Virus record (IMG/VR): IMGVR_UViG_3300025816_000002
DNA length: 64,000 nt
From: a virus
Direction: 5' to 3' (one strand)
Made by a program: the position numbers and the translations under genes. Below are positions 39,001-47,828 of the stretch, in pieces (position 1 is the first letter of the stretch; the number at the start of each line of letters is the position of its first letter). The notes under the pieces were generated by a model, which was not told where the DNA came from, ran no database searches, and saw only the letters and a program-made list of their open reading frames with translations.

Positions 39001-42000
39001 AAGAATCAAAACCTGGAATTAAAGAAAGTAAGCAATTAACACCTGAGCAAGACACTCAACTTAGATCTGATGTTGCTGAAATAAAAGAAGAAGCATCCAA
39101 AGGAGAGGCTTTAGCTAAGCAATTTAATAAAGATTTTGTCAAAGGCGCTAAGCAAACAAGGCTAGAAAACAAAGTACTACAAGAAATTAAACCTGTTGTA
39201 GATAGAGTTGTTACTAATAGAACTAAGGCTTTATATGATCCTATAGCAGAAGATGCTAAAAAGAATGTTAGCAGACAGATGTTTCAAGAATCAATGCGTT
39301 CTGACATTGAGTCTATGGTGTTTGATGAATTTACAGGTAAACAAGATCTTGAAAAGTTTATAGTAAATAGAGCTTTCTTAAGAGCTAACAACTTAGCTGA
39401 AAGATTAGGTATTAAAGGTGTTGAAGAAGGTATTACCAAAGGATTAGAAGCTGCGGAAAAAGTTGCAGTAGAGGAAACAACAGCTCCTAAAGCTGATAAG
39501 CCTAAGTATAGAAATATATTAAAAAGCAATACATTACCTACCGAAACGGTTAATACTATAAAGGATAAAGTACTTAAAACAGTAAGAACTTTAAAGTCTA
39601 AATTAGATACTAAGGTATCTATAAACAAAACTGTAACACCTCTTGTAGCAGAAATTAAAAAGAATATGGGTAAGCAAGCTGACATTGACTTTAAAAAAGC
39701 GATGGGTGGTAAAAAAGATGCTCAACTAAGAAGATTTTTAATTAAGAATAAAAGAGTTGTATTAGAAAATATGACTACAACTTGGCTTATGGGTGCAATG
39801 CCTGGAGCTGTGCAAAAGCAAGTTAATGGTAGTTTTACTTCGGATTGGCAAGGTAAAAAGATTGATCGTGAAAAAACATCGACACAGCAAGCTGGAAGAA
39901 CATCTGGAGCAGAGATCGTTAGAAGACTTCCTAACGCGTTTAAAAACTTAGATGATAAAACATATTTAAGTTATATTATAGACGAGTCTGGAGCGCCTAT
40001 ACGAGGTCGTAAAGAGTCTTTGGCTAAAGCTATGGCAGAAGAATTATCTTTTGATATATTTACTACGGAATTACAAAATGAAAATAGCGATATAAGAAAA
40101 GCGTTTGAGGGTAATCAAGAGGCTTTAGGCGTTGTTTTAGTAGATAATTACATACAAGAAGTTACAAGAGACGTAGAAAGAGGCACGGTTAAGTTCAGTA
40201 AAAGTTTAAGCGCAGAACAAAAGAAAACTGTTTTAGCTGGTGCTGAGAAGTTAAAAAATAAATTGTTAAATGCCAACATTACTTTAACATCAAAAAGTCT
40301 TCTACCTATATTAATAGATACATATCCTTCTATAGACGAAAAAACTTTAAAAGAATTTGCAAAAGAAAGTATTCAAGTTGTTCAAAGATACACAAGCGAT
40401 AAAACAATAGATAGAACAAAAAATGTTGATTTCGGTAAGTTTTTATTCGAAGGTATTTCTTTAAAAGAAAGCAATAGCAATCTAATAAAATTTTTTAATT
40501 TTGCAAAAAATGAAGTTAAATCATTAGGTGGATTATTTAATAATAACAACTTAGTAGCAAAACAAAGAGAGTTAGAATTTACTTATAATAATAATTTAGT
40601 TGAAAAAGAAGGAGCTGATGGCTTAATTAAAATACTAAGGTGGGGGCGAGGGCATCAAGCAACTTCAGGTAAAATTGGAGGTGGTAGAAATCAATCTTAT
40701 GCTGGTAATGGTGATTATATAGCTAATAATTTAAATAATATCCCAGGTGTTGATGTTGTTTGGAATCCTAAAACTAACAGGATAAATGATGTAAAATTTA
40801 ACGGCAAATCAATAGAGGACTGGAAAAAAAGAATAAAGTCTCCTGCTCAAAAAGCTTCAGGCGGCATAGATCAATTTAAAAAAGAAGCTAAAGAAAGAGA
40901 GGACGCCGCTAGAGAAGCTTGGGTATATTTAACAGATTACCTGCAACATGTGAAAGATAATGGAAACGCAATAGACTGGACTATGACTATGATGAGTCTA
41001 AAGTCAAACATGTCTTCCGTCCTTAAAGCAGCGGCTCCTGTAAAATATTATTTTGCTGGAGATGTAAAAGGATCGCTTAGATATGAGCATATGATACCTA
41101 CTGAATATATGGTCTTAAAGTTAACTGACTATTATTTTAATGGTAAAAAGTTTGATTTAAACACTTTAAGAGACAAGTACAATGTTGCTATTATTCCGGT
41201 CAGTATGGATGATAACTTTAATATTCTGACTCAATCTCAAATGAATAGCGCTTTTGACCCCATGACTGATCCTGAATTTGATAGGTATTATAACGAAAAC
41301 ACTTTTGGGTTTCCTAATATGTATGCAATAGAGGCGCTTACGGGAGAATACAAAGGCCAGATTATAGGTAAATCCTGGGTTGATTTTAATAATATATTAA
41401 AACCTCAAGCAGCTAAAATGTCTAAGTCTGTGCAAACAGAGCAAAAAGCTATTGATAATGCTAGGTCTGTTAAATGGTCTAAGTCAACTAAAAAAATACG
41501 TGTATTTGATTTTGATGATACTCTAGCTAGGACTAAAAGTAATGTATTGTATACAATGCCAGGTGAGGTTAGAGTATTTCATGGTGGCGATATAAAATCA
41601 GTTAAAGACATCGATGGCTTTGTGTATTTTTCGGAAGATCAAAAGCAAGCATCAGCGTACGCTAAAGGTAATCAAGGAGAGGTTAGCAGTTTTAAAATAG
41701 ACGAAACTTCTCTTGCAACAGAGGACCAAGTGTTTGATGTTATTAACGCTTTAGGTATTAAGCCAAGAGCTGGTTACGCAGTAGAAGAATCTAGCTTATA
41801 TGAACTTATTGATCCTAGATTTGAGCAATCGTTTTCTAAAAAAGATCTTGAAAAATTAGCAGTAGCGCTTAAAAGAAAGGGAATAAAAGCAGCAAGATTT
41901 ACAGACACTAATATTAGTCAAGGTAAAAATGAAGGAAGAGAAACTGAAAACATTGTAGTATTTGACAAGAAAACAGTACAAGAACAAGCTAAACTTACAG

Positions 42001-44648
42001 CTGCTGAATTTGCTGCTAAAAGCGATGAAATGGCGGCTAAAGGCGCTGATTTTGACTTTATTGAGTTTAGTAAAGTTATGAATGGTCAAGAAGGTCCTTT
42101 ATTGAAAGTAGCTAAAATCATAGCGGAAAAAAGAGGTACTGATGATTTGTTTGTTTTAACTGCTAGGCCGCAAGATGCCGCAGGTCCTATACAAGATTTT
42201 TTAGCTGAACTAGGTTTAGATATTCCATTAGAAAATATTACCGGTTTAGCTGACGGAAACCCTAAAGCAAAAGCTGACTGGATGGTTGGTAAAGTAGCTG
42301 AAGGCTATAATGATTTTTACTTTGCTGATGACCACTTAGGAAATGTCAAAGCTGTTAAAGATGTATTTAATACTTTCGATGTGAAAGGTAAAGTGCAACA
42401 AGCTAAAATTAAATTTAGTAAAGGTTTAGATAAAGGCTTTAATGATATGATTGAGCGTCAAACCGGTACAGAATCTTTTAAAGAATTTTCTAAAGGGGTA
42501 GCGCAAAGAAGAGGTAAAAAGGTTGGAAAGTTTAAAATATTTGTTTCACCTTCGGCTGAAGACTTTAGAGGATTAACTCAATATAAGTTTGCAGGCAAAG
42601 GCAAGCAAGGTGAAGCTGATCAAAAATTCTTTGAAGAAGCGCTTATGGACCCTTATTTTAAAGGTGTTGCCGCACTAGAGTCCGCAAGAGAGGTTATAAA
42701 GAACGACACTAAAGCTCTTTTTAAAATATTTAAACCTGTTAAAAAGAAATTAAATAAGTTAGTTCCAGGTATTGATTTTACTTATGACGGCGCTGTTCGT
42801 GTTTATCTTTGGAATAAGGCAGGTATAGAAATACCAGGTCTTACTAAAAGAGATAACAAAAAACTAAATGATACTGTAGCAAACGATCCAGAGCTTAGCG
42901 CTTTTGCGGATGCTCTATTATTGGTATCCAAACAAGACACGTGGCCTGCGCCTACTGAATACTGGGAAGCAAAAACAACCTTAAGTGATTTAAACACTTT
43001 AACTGAAAAAACTAATAGAAAAGAATACTTACAAGAGTTTATTGAGAACGTTGACATTATATTTAGCGAAAAGAACTTAAATAAAGTTGAAGCTTTATAC
43101 GGTAAAGCATCAAGAACCGCTATTGAAAACGCTATATACGCTATGAAGACAGGTAGCAATAGCCCTAATCAAAACGGAGATGTTATAACAAACAGATGGC
43201 TAAAGTGGGTTAATAACTCTATAGGTACGATAATGTTCTTCAATAGAAGATCAGCATTGTTACAGTTAACATCTGCTACAAACTTTTTAAACTGGTCAGA
43301 TAATAATCCAGCTAAAGCAGCATTGGCTTTTGCTAATCAACCACAATACTGGAAAGATTGGGCTATGATATTTAACTCTGATAAATTAAAACAACGTAGA
43401 AGTGGTTTAAAATCTGATGTTCAAGAATCTGAAATAGCTAACGCAGCTAAAAACACGGAAGATAAAATAGGTTCAATCATAGCTTACTTATTAAAAATAG
43501 GTTTTTCACCAACACAAATAGCGGATAGTATCGCTATATCTTCAGGTGGTGCAACTTTTTATAGAAACAGAGTTAATACTTATAAGAAACAGGGGTTAGA
43601 CGTAAAAGAAGCAGAAGCAAAAGCTTTTGAAGATTTTAGTAAGCTTTCTGACGAAGCACAACAGTCAGGAGATCCTGCTTTAGTTTCTCAACAACAGCGA
43701 AGCGTTGCGGGTCGTCTTATCTTGTCCTTTCAGAATACGACTATGCAATACACTAGATTAATGAAAAAAGCCGGTCAGGACCTTGTAAACAGGCGTGGTG
43801 ATCCAAAGACTCATATATCTAAAATATTATACTATGGCGCTTTACAAAACCTCATATTTAACGCGTTATCTCAAACCGCATTTGCATTAATACCTGGCTT
43901 TGACGAAGAAGAGGATGAAGATGAAGCTAAAAGAGATGAAAAACTTGAAGCAAAGGCGTCTAGAGTTTTAAATGGTATGGTAGATTCTGTTATTAGAGGT
44001 ACCGGTATATACGGGGCTGTTGTCACTACTATAAAAAACACATTCAATACTTGGAAAAGAGAAGCTGATAAAGGTTTTAAAGGTGATCAAGCTAAGACGC
44101 TTCTTGAAGCAGCTAACATATCTCCAGCTATAGGATCTAAACTTAGGAAAATATACTCAGCAATACAAGCATATCAATTTGATAAAGCGGTAATGGAGAA
44201 GCATCCTTGGAGTGTAACTATAGACGGTAAGTTTAATCCTTCAGCTACATACAGCGTAATAGGTAGTTTAGCGTCAGCGACTCTTAACTTGCCATTAGAT
44301 AGAGCTTTAGCAGAAGCTAGAGGCGTAGCTGAAATGTTTGACAACAGGAACAGTGAAATGCAAAGAATAGCGTTAGCCTTAGGGTGGAGAACATGGAATG
44401 TTGGCGCTAAAAATGAAGAGTTTGATCTTATAAAAATGGAAGCTAAAGCTAAAAAGAAAGAAGAAGGCAAAATAAAAGCAAAAGAAACTAGAGCAAAAAA
44501 TAGAAAAATAAAAAAATTAGAAAATGAAAGAAGAGACAAAGCTTTTAATACTTTAAACTCAACTCAGCGTAAAGAAATCTTTCAAATGAATACTACAGAT
44601 AGAAAAGCGTATTTAGACAAAATAGCAAAACAAAAAGGTATAAAATAA
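36060..44648 (+). CDS. Giant polyvalent virion/ejection protein (zincin, HAD, ART-like domains)
   Basis: 2862 aa; AAHEFLH (38565-38579); DFDDT...LTAR...K...FADD HAD motifs (41508-42340) interrupted by an FHG...YFS...IVVF domain. Confidence 0.8.
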   Translation: MYIYDGSKYTEEEIQNAADKAGLSLEEYTSKNNITFEEEVDFPTSAVADADAVQQPMTASQAGYTEPKDTASSSVVGLSDSRIEEIEKNFKVGYYHPEQREAYKNWEETGKVDGSLLPDFNVDDYKKTERVINDDFRKEVEKIYQESAKGVKLDKFGSFDYDDKESIANFRDRAINKLIKENKTIQDKILPQATSQAKFEFDSANDKLKEKYGINSKNVSQENIDNYTKEATAQFNALVNSKVNSTPEFKQIITDFNSVMDETGRVGLEAFTRGKDWEGLMSLERGLQASNNPLSKLVFKFIQQTYAGGKQIKDGLDEAGVYGAIQMNERFISQLDDFKGKETNKIKNKYLEEGYTEEQASLGANEDIKSQKGWWRESEDDLANAFKFVKITSENQTIPSGVTKGTFQDYENSVNKKTEAEDLSIRGRLIDVADQQLATSAYGTDEFKNFMKGDNMLENSVSMVGKQLLPQMGIAILTAGVGNAIQMGSGMYVDGINNKIREKYGLSDEEEITQDMLKNVISDDEFIDVLVTKSVAGGFLAGQLERLGAGKLLSNLTNEGAASILRTGIKRYAQRVGGQTIRNFSTGATEAITEVLQEVLSASVAGGELDKEQLFEAGGTGFLVSAMTGLGGNVITQTVQEVKTLNRIVAGKLNPESAEAFFNTKSAEIDNILKTETNPSKIQELKEKKQSILDARNANLKIPSNFSTAAKEKIFNLVEEKQNIEKEIKNKDPELVRNQTDRIKEINTELNVISSLETQVKTVEKLTKDVKGLKVESLDNAEAISNFIEENNIDVDGKKASQQQGFIYQDPKTGEQIIIINKEVAAKEYAVNVAAHEFLHGLLFQTVKNSPETQVALGKSLNEYINKIDATQVKDSNFAKRLESYKDMDEATQSEEVLTLFSDAIATGDIQFNESVFTKIGDVIRRTLQNLGVKVKFNNGKDVYNFVKDYNKSIEKGKLTKAQKEISKKGATGSLVSEQVQESKPGIKESKQLTPEQDTQLRSDVAEIKEEASKGEALAKQFNKDFVKGAKQTRLENKVLQEIKPVVDRVVTNRTKALYDPIAEDAKKNVSRQMFQESMRSDIESMVFDEFTGKQDLEKFIVNRAFLRANNLAERLGIKGVEEGITKGLEAAEKVAVEETTAPKADKPKYRNILKSNTLPTETVNTIKDKVLKTVRTLKSKLDTKVSINKTVTPLVAEIKKNMGKQADIDFKKAMGGKKDAQLRRFLIKNKRVVLENMTTTWLMGAMPGAVQKQVNGSFTSDWQGKKIDREKTSTQQAGRTSGAEIVRRLPNAFKNLDDKTYLSYIIDESGAPIRGRKESLAKAMAEELSFDIFTTELQNENSDIRKAFEGNQEALGVVLVDNYIQEVTRDVERGTVKFSKSLSAEQKKTVLAGAEKLKNKLLNANITLTSKSLLPILIDTYPSIDEKTLKEFAKESIQVVQRYTSDKTIDRTKNVDFGKFLFEGISLKESNSNLIKFFNFAKNEVKSLGGLFNNNNLVAKQRELEFTYNNNLVEKEGADGLIKILRWGRGHQATSGKIGGGRNQSYAGNGDYIANNLNNIPGVDVVWNPKTNRINDVKFNGKSIEDWKKRIKSPAQKASGGIDQFKKEAKEREDAAREAWVYLTDYLQHVKDNGNAIDWTMTMMSLKSNMSSVLKAAAPVKYYFAGDVKGSLRYEHMIPTEYMVLKLTDYYFNGKKFDLNTLRDKYNVAIIPVSMDDNFNILTQSQMNSAFDPMTDPEFDRYYNENTFGFPNMYAIEALTGEYKGQIIGKSWVDFNNILKPQAAKMSKSVQTEQKAIDNARSVKWSKSTKKIRVFDFDDTLARTKSNVLYTMPGEVRVFHGGDIKSVKDIDGFVYFSEDQKQASAYAKGNQGEVSSFKIDETSLATEDQVFDVINALGIKPRAGYAVEESSLYELIDPRFEQSFSKKDLEKLAVALKRKGIKAARFTDTNISQGKNEGRETENIVVFDKKTVQEQAKLTAAEFAAKSDEMAAKGADFDFIEFSKVMNGQEGPLLKVAKIIAEKRGTDDLFVLTARPQDAAGPIQDFLAELGLDIPLENITGLADGNPKAKADWMVGKVAEGYNDFYFADDHLGNVKAVKDVFNTFDVKGKVQQAKIKFSKGLDKGFNDMIERQTGTESFKEFSKGVAQRRGKKVGKFKIFVSPSAEDFRGLTQYKFAGKGKQGEADQKFFEEALMDPYFKGVAALESAREVIKNDTKALFKIFKPVKKKLNKLVPGIDFTYDGAVRVYLWNKAGIEIPGLTKRDNKKLNDTVANDPELSAFADALLLVSKQDTWPAPTEYWEAKTTLSDLNTLTEKTNRKEYLQEFIENVDIIFSEKNLNKVEALYGKASRTAIENAIYAMKTGSNSPNQNGDVITNRWLKWVNNSIGTIMFFNRRSALLQLTSATNFLNWSDNNPAKAALAFANQPQYWKDWAMIFNSDKLKQRRSGLKSDVQESEIANAAKNTEDKIGSIIAYLLKIGFSPTQIADSIAISSGGATFYRNRVNTYKKQGLDVKEAEAKAFEDFSKLSDEAQQSGDPALVSQQQRSVAGRLILSFQNTTMQYTRLMKKAGQDLVNRRGDPKTHISKILYYGALQNLIFNALSQTAFALIPGFDEEEDEDEAKRDEKLEAKASRVLNGMVDSVIRGTGIYGAVVTTIKNTFNTWKREADKGFKGDQAKTLLEAANISPAIGSKLRKIYSAIQAYQFDKAVMEKHPWSVTIDGKFNPSATYSVIGSLASATLNLPLDRALAEARGVAEMFDNRNSEMQRIALALGWRTWNVGAKNEEFDLIKMEAKAKKKEEGKIKAKETRAKNRKIKKLENERRDKAFNTLNSTQRKEIFQMNTTDRKAYLDKIAKQKGIK

Positions 44649-45007
44649 TGAAGTTTAAATATTTTAATTACGAAGAGTTTGACTCTCCAGACTTAGAGGG
44701 TAGTGGTAAAAATATGAGTGATGAACTTATAAATATGCTAGACATCGTACGTAAAAAGTACAGTAAGTCGGTAGTTATAAATTCTGGCTATAGAACACCT
44801 GAACATAACGAGAAAGTAGGTGGCAAACCTGGTTCATCTCACATAAAAGGTTTAGCTGTTGACATTGCATGCAGTAATTCTACTGACAGGTTTAAACTAG
44901 GAGGTATATTAAGAGAAGTTGGATTTAAAAGAATAGGCATGGGTTCAACATTTATACATGTAGATATAGATAAAGATAAATCACAAAACGTCCTTTGGAC
45001 ATATTAA
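44648..45007 (+). CDS. Endolysin, peptidase M15 family
   Basis: INSGYRTPEHN..VGG...SSHIKGLAVDI...FIHVD. Confidence 0.88.
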   Translation: MKFKYFNYEEFDSPDLEGSGKNMSDELINMLDIVRKKYSKSVVINSGYRTPEHNEKVGGKPGSSHIKGLAVDIACSNSTDRFKLGGILREVGFKRIGMGSTFIHVDIDKDKSQNVLWTY

Positions 45008-45018
45008 AACCAAAAACT

Positions 45019-45162
45019 ATGAATATTAAATGCGGATCACCATTCAAATTGAAAGATGCTTGCTACAAAAAAGTAAAAGCACAGTACAAAGTATTTCCGT
45101 CAGCTTATGCCAGCGGAGCAATAGCTAAGTGTAGAAAAAATAAAGGTAAAAAGAAAAAATAA
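45019..45162 (+). CDS. 47-aa basic protein
   Basis: Not in the track: MNIKCGSPFKLKDACYKKVKAQYKVFPSAYASGAIAKCRKNKGKKKK; TAATG coupling to next gene. Confidence 0.75.
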   Translation: MNIKCGSPFKLKDACYKKVKAQYKVFPSAYASGAIAKCRKNKGKKKK

Positions 45163-45431
45163 TGTATATATCACCATTAAGTAAAGTTAGGAAAAGCGAA
45201 AAAGGCGCAAGTCTGCGAAGATGGTTTAAAGAAGAATGGCAAACACCTAGTGGAGATAAAGACTATAGCGGTGGTGAAAACTTGTTTAGACCTAAGAAGA
45301 GAATAAGCAGTAAAACAGCTACTACCTGGAGCGAGTTAACTCCTGCTGAAAAAAAATCAGCTCAGAGAGAAAAAAATGCTAAAGGTAGAGTTAGTAGATT
45401 TAAAAAGAAAAAGAAAAAAAGTAAATTATGA
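45162..45431 (+). CDS. Small basic protein
   Basis: 89 aa; SPL near N-terminus, LRRWFKEEW, poly-K end. Confidence 0.75.
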   Translation: MYISPLSKVRKSEKGASLRRWFKEEWQTPSGDKDYSGGENLFRPKKRISSKTATTWSELTPAEKKSAQREKNAKGRVSRFKKKKKKSKL

Positions 45432-45546
45432 AAAAGTTAATTGATAAGTTACAGCACCAGTGGAATAGATTAATGTATAAATTAATGTTTCACAAGTACA
45501 AGGAATAACACACTGGGCGTACCATACCCACAAATTCCTGTAAATG

Positions 45547-45578
45547 AAAAGGGCCCTCAATGCGAGAGCCCTTTTTTT
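45547..45578. terminator. Bidirectional intrinsic terminator between the convergent genome halves
   Basis: AAAA-GGGCCCTC-AATGC-GAGAGCCC-TTTTTTT. Confidence 0.85.
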
Positions 45579-45666
45579 AATATGTATAATACGCATGTGT
45601 ATAGCATATTGAGTTTTTTATACACATTAGTTTTTATATGTATAAAAAAGTCATAACTTTTAGCCT

Positions 45667-47385
45667 TTAGCCATCACACGCTAAACAATCTTCATTCATA
45701 GCCTGAGCAGCTATGTCACCACGTAAAACAGATTCTGTCCTAGTGTAATACAAGGTTTTAACACCTTTCTTCCAGGCATCAAAATGAACTTTATTTAACC
45801 ATCTAGGTGTTGCTTCAGAAGGGAATGCTAAATTCAAACTAACTGATTGATCTACATACTCTTGCCTAAGACCTGCTTGATTAACTAACTCCAATTGATT
45901 GATCTCCTTAAAGGTTTTAAAAACTTCCTTGGCGGGTATGTCATGACCCAGGGTAATACCATCAAGCTCACTAATGTTTTGAACACTACCACCGTCAGCC
46001 AATATTTTATCCCATATTTCATTATTATTAATTTTCAGTTTTCTTAATAGCTTTACTAAAGTCGGGTTTTTCCTAATGAAAGTCCCTTTCGCACTTTGCT
46101 CTGTAAAAACATTTGCAGCCCACGGCTCAATACCTGGTGAAACATTACCGCTAAGCTTGCTATTAGAAACAGTAGGAGCAATAGCACGGAGATGAGTATT
46201 ACGCATACCGGTACCAATACACCATAAAGGCTCTCCATAAATTTCTGCAAGATCTCTTGAGGCTCTTTCACTTTCGATTTTAATCTGTGAAAATATTTTC
46301 CTAGTTTCAAACTGAGCAAGTAAACCTTCAAAAGGTAAACCCTTTTCTTGGAGATACGTGTGCCATCCAAGTACACCCAATCCGAGTGCTCTTCCTTTTT
46401 GAGCAGAACGAATGGCATTTTCAAAACCTCTAAGTCCTTTTGCTCTTTGAATAAATTCCTCCATAACCCCATCAAGAAACCACGTGGCGTGGTATATAAG
46501 GTTAGTGTCTTTCCATTCTTCATATTTAGCTAAGTTTAATGATGATAAACAGCATACGAAACTATGATTCTCATCTGTTGTTAATGTTATTTCTGAACAT
46601 ATATTAGTCATATGTACTTTCAGCCCGTTGTCTTTATATGCTTTTGGATTTGCTTTATTAACATTTCCTTTAAACATAATATACGGCTCTCCAGTTGCTT
46701 TTCGCTTTCTAAGTAATTTACTCCATCTAGATCTTGCTTCCTTATCTCCTTGTTCAAGCTTACGCATAAACTTGTCACCAACAATTGCGCACTGATGTAA
46801 GTTAAGCGATTGTCTGTTAACATCTCCTTTAGGTTCCCTGATTTCAAGCCACTCCTCGAAGTCATCATGTTCAATGTTGATATTAACTGAGGCAGCTCCA
46901 CGACGGACACTCCCTTGATTAGTTGCAAGAATTGTTGAGTCATATATCTTGCAGAAAGGTACGACTCCGTCTGATGTTCCATTACCTGTTATTCTAGCGC
47001 CAGCGGGTCTTATTTGATTTATACCGATACCAACTCCACCGCCGTGCTTAGCGAGTAGCATCATTTCTAAGTTCTTACTTCCTATGTCTTGTATAGAGTC
47101 AGCAACGTCGATACCAAAGCAACTGATAGGAAGACCGCGATCTGTACCAGTGTTGGAAAGTACTGGAGAAGCAAGACAAAGCCAACCATTCCAAATATAA
47201 TTAAAAAACGTTTCAGCCATTTCTGGTTTATATAACCTACGAGCAACTGTTTTAGCGACTCTTTGGTATGCTTCTCTAGGCGTTTCTCCGTCGAATAAAT
47301 ATCCCCCGGATATAGTCTTCTTGTATACGTCCGTATTACCCCACGCAGGGTAATCTTCTCCTTTGATCCATTCATTGTTCCACAT
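45667..47385 (-). CDS. nrdA: Class I ribonucleotide reductase alpha subunit, no ATP cone
   Basis: PISCF, TNICSEI, VCCLSSLNL, LYY, C-terminal CLAC; likely start MWNNEW at 47385 (TAATG coupling) rather than 47448. Confidence 0.93.
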   Translation of the reverse strand: MWNNEWIKGEDYPAWGNTDVYKKTISGGYLFDGETPREAYQRVAKTVARRLYKPEMAETFFNYIWNGWLCLASPVLSNTGTDRGLPISCFGIDVADSIQDIGSKNLEMMLLAKHGGGVGIGINQIRPAGARITGNGTSDGVVPFCKIYDSTILATNQGSVRRGAASVNINIEHDDFEEWLEIREPKGDVNRQSLNLHQCAIVGDKFMRKLEQGDKEARSRWSKLLRKRKATGEPYIMFKGNVNKANPKAYKDNGLKVHMTNICSEITLTTDENHSFVCCLSSLNLAKYEEWKDTNLIYHATWFLDGVMEEFIQRAKGLRGFENAIRSAQKGRALGLGVLGWHTYLQEKGLPFEGLLAQFETRKIFSQIKIESERASRDLAEIYGEPLWCIGTGMRNTHLRAIAPTVSNSKLSGNVSPGIEPWAANVFTEQSAKGTFIRKNPTLVKLLRKLKINNNEIWDKILADGGSVQNISELDGITLGHDIPAKEVFKTFKEINQLELVNQAGLRQEYVDQSVSLNLAFPSEATPRWLNKVHFDAWKKGVKTLYYTRTESVLRGDIAAQAMNEDCLACDG

Positions 47386-47651
47386 TATGTTATTGAGTGT
47401 ATTAACCAGGCTATAAGCCCATTTATATTTAAAGCTACTAGGTTCCATTGTTTTCTAGAGCTAGTTTGTATTACTACTAATATAAAACCTATTATGTAAA
47501 GTTTAGGTTCTATAGTCCATTGAGCAGCGATTAAAAAACCACTGCCCATATAACCTGCCCTAGTTGCTAGTCTCTTCCAAGGAGTCAAGCGCTTTTGCCT
47601 CACTAGCTTGTTTAGCAGCTTGTTCCTTAACTCTTTCGATTGCTTTATCAT
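47385..47651 (-). CDS. Small membrane protein
   Basis: Hydrophobic helices GFLIAAQW...LYIIGFILVVI...LVALNINGLIAWLI; true start probably later than 47651. Confidence 0.65.
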   Translation of the reverse strand: MIKQSKELRNKLLNKLVRQKRLTPWKRLATRAGYMGSGFLIAAQWTIEPKLYIIGFILVVIQTSSRKQWNLVALNINGLIAWLIHSIT

Positions 47652-47790
47652 AACCTGGCATGTTTTTTATTGTCTCTAATACTCCTAAAGCTATTGTAGC
47701 TGTTTGATTTAGTTCACTTATTAGTCTTTGATTGATTAACCCAAGGGTTTCAATCTTGTTTTTCATTTCTAGTAAAGTCTGTTCTTTCAT
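47560..47790 (-). CDS. Coiled-coil hypothetical protein
   Basis: 76 aa in operon orientation. Confidence 0.65.
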   Translation of the reverse strand: MKEQTLLEMKNKIETLGLINQRLISELNQTATIALGVLETIKNMPGYDKAIERVKEQAAKQASEAKALDSLEETSN

Positions 47791-47828
47791 ATAATTGTTT
47801 TATAATTTCATTATTGTTTATTGTTATG

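Noticed and set aside
41565-41987. Intein in the HAD domain
   Set aside because: No N-terminal Cys/Ser, no terminal His-Asn and no LAGLIDADG motifs; ART-like motifs are present instead
1799-44539. Antisense ORFs in the track within the + strand arm (for example 1799, 6585, 16927, 18000, 30511, 39284, 42803)
   Set aside because: They are shadows of long genes, with S/L/F-rich composition and no independent signals
36060-44648. Virion RNA polymerase
   Set aside because: The DFD strings (DFDDT, ADFDF) belong to the HAD context; no DxDxD catalytic loop was seen
45428-45508. 26-aa ORF MKKLIDKLQHQWNRLMYKLMFHKYKE before the terminator
   Set aside because: An ATGA overlap makes it possible, but it is too short to support without homologues
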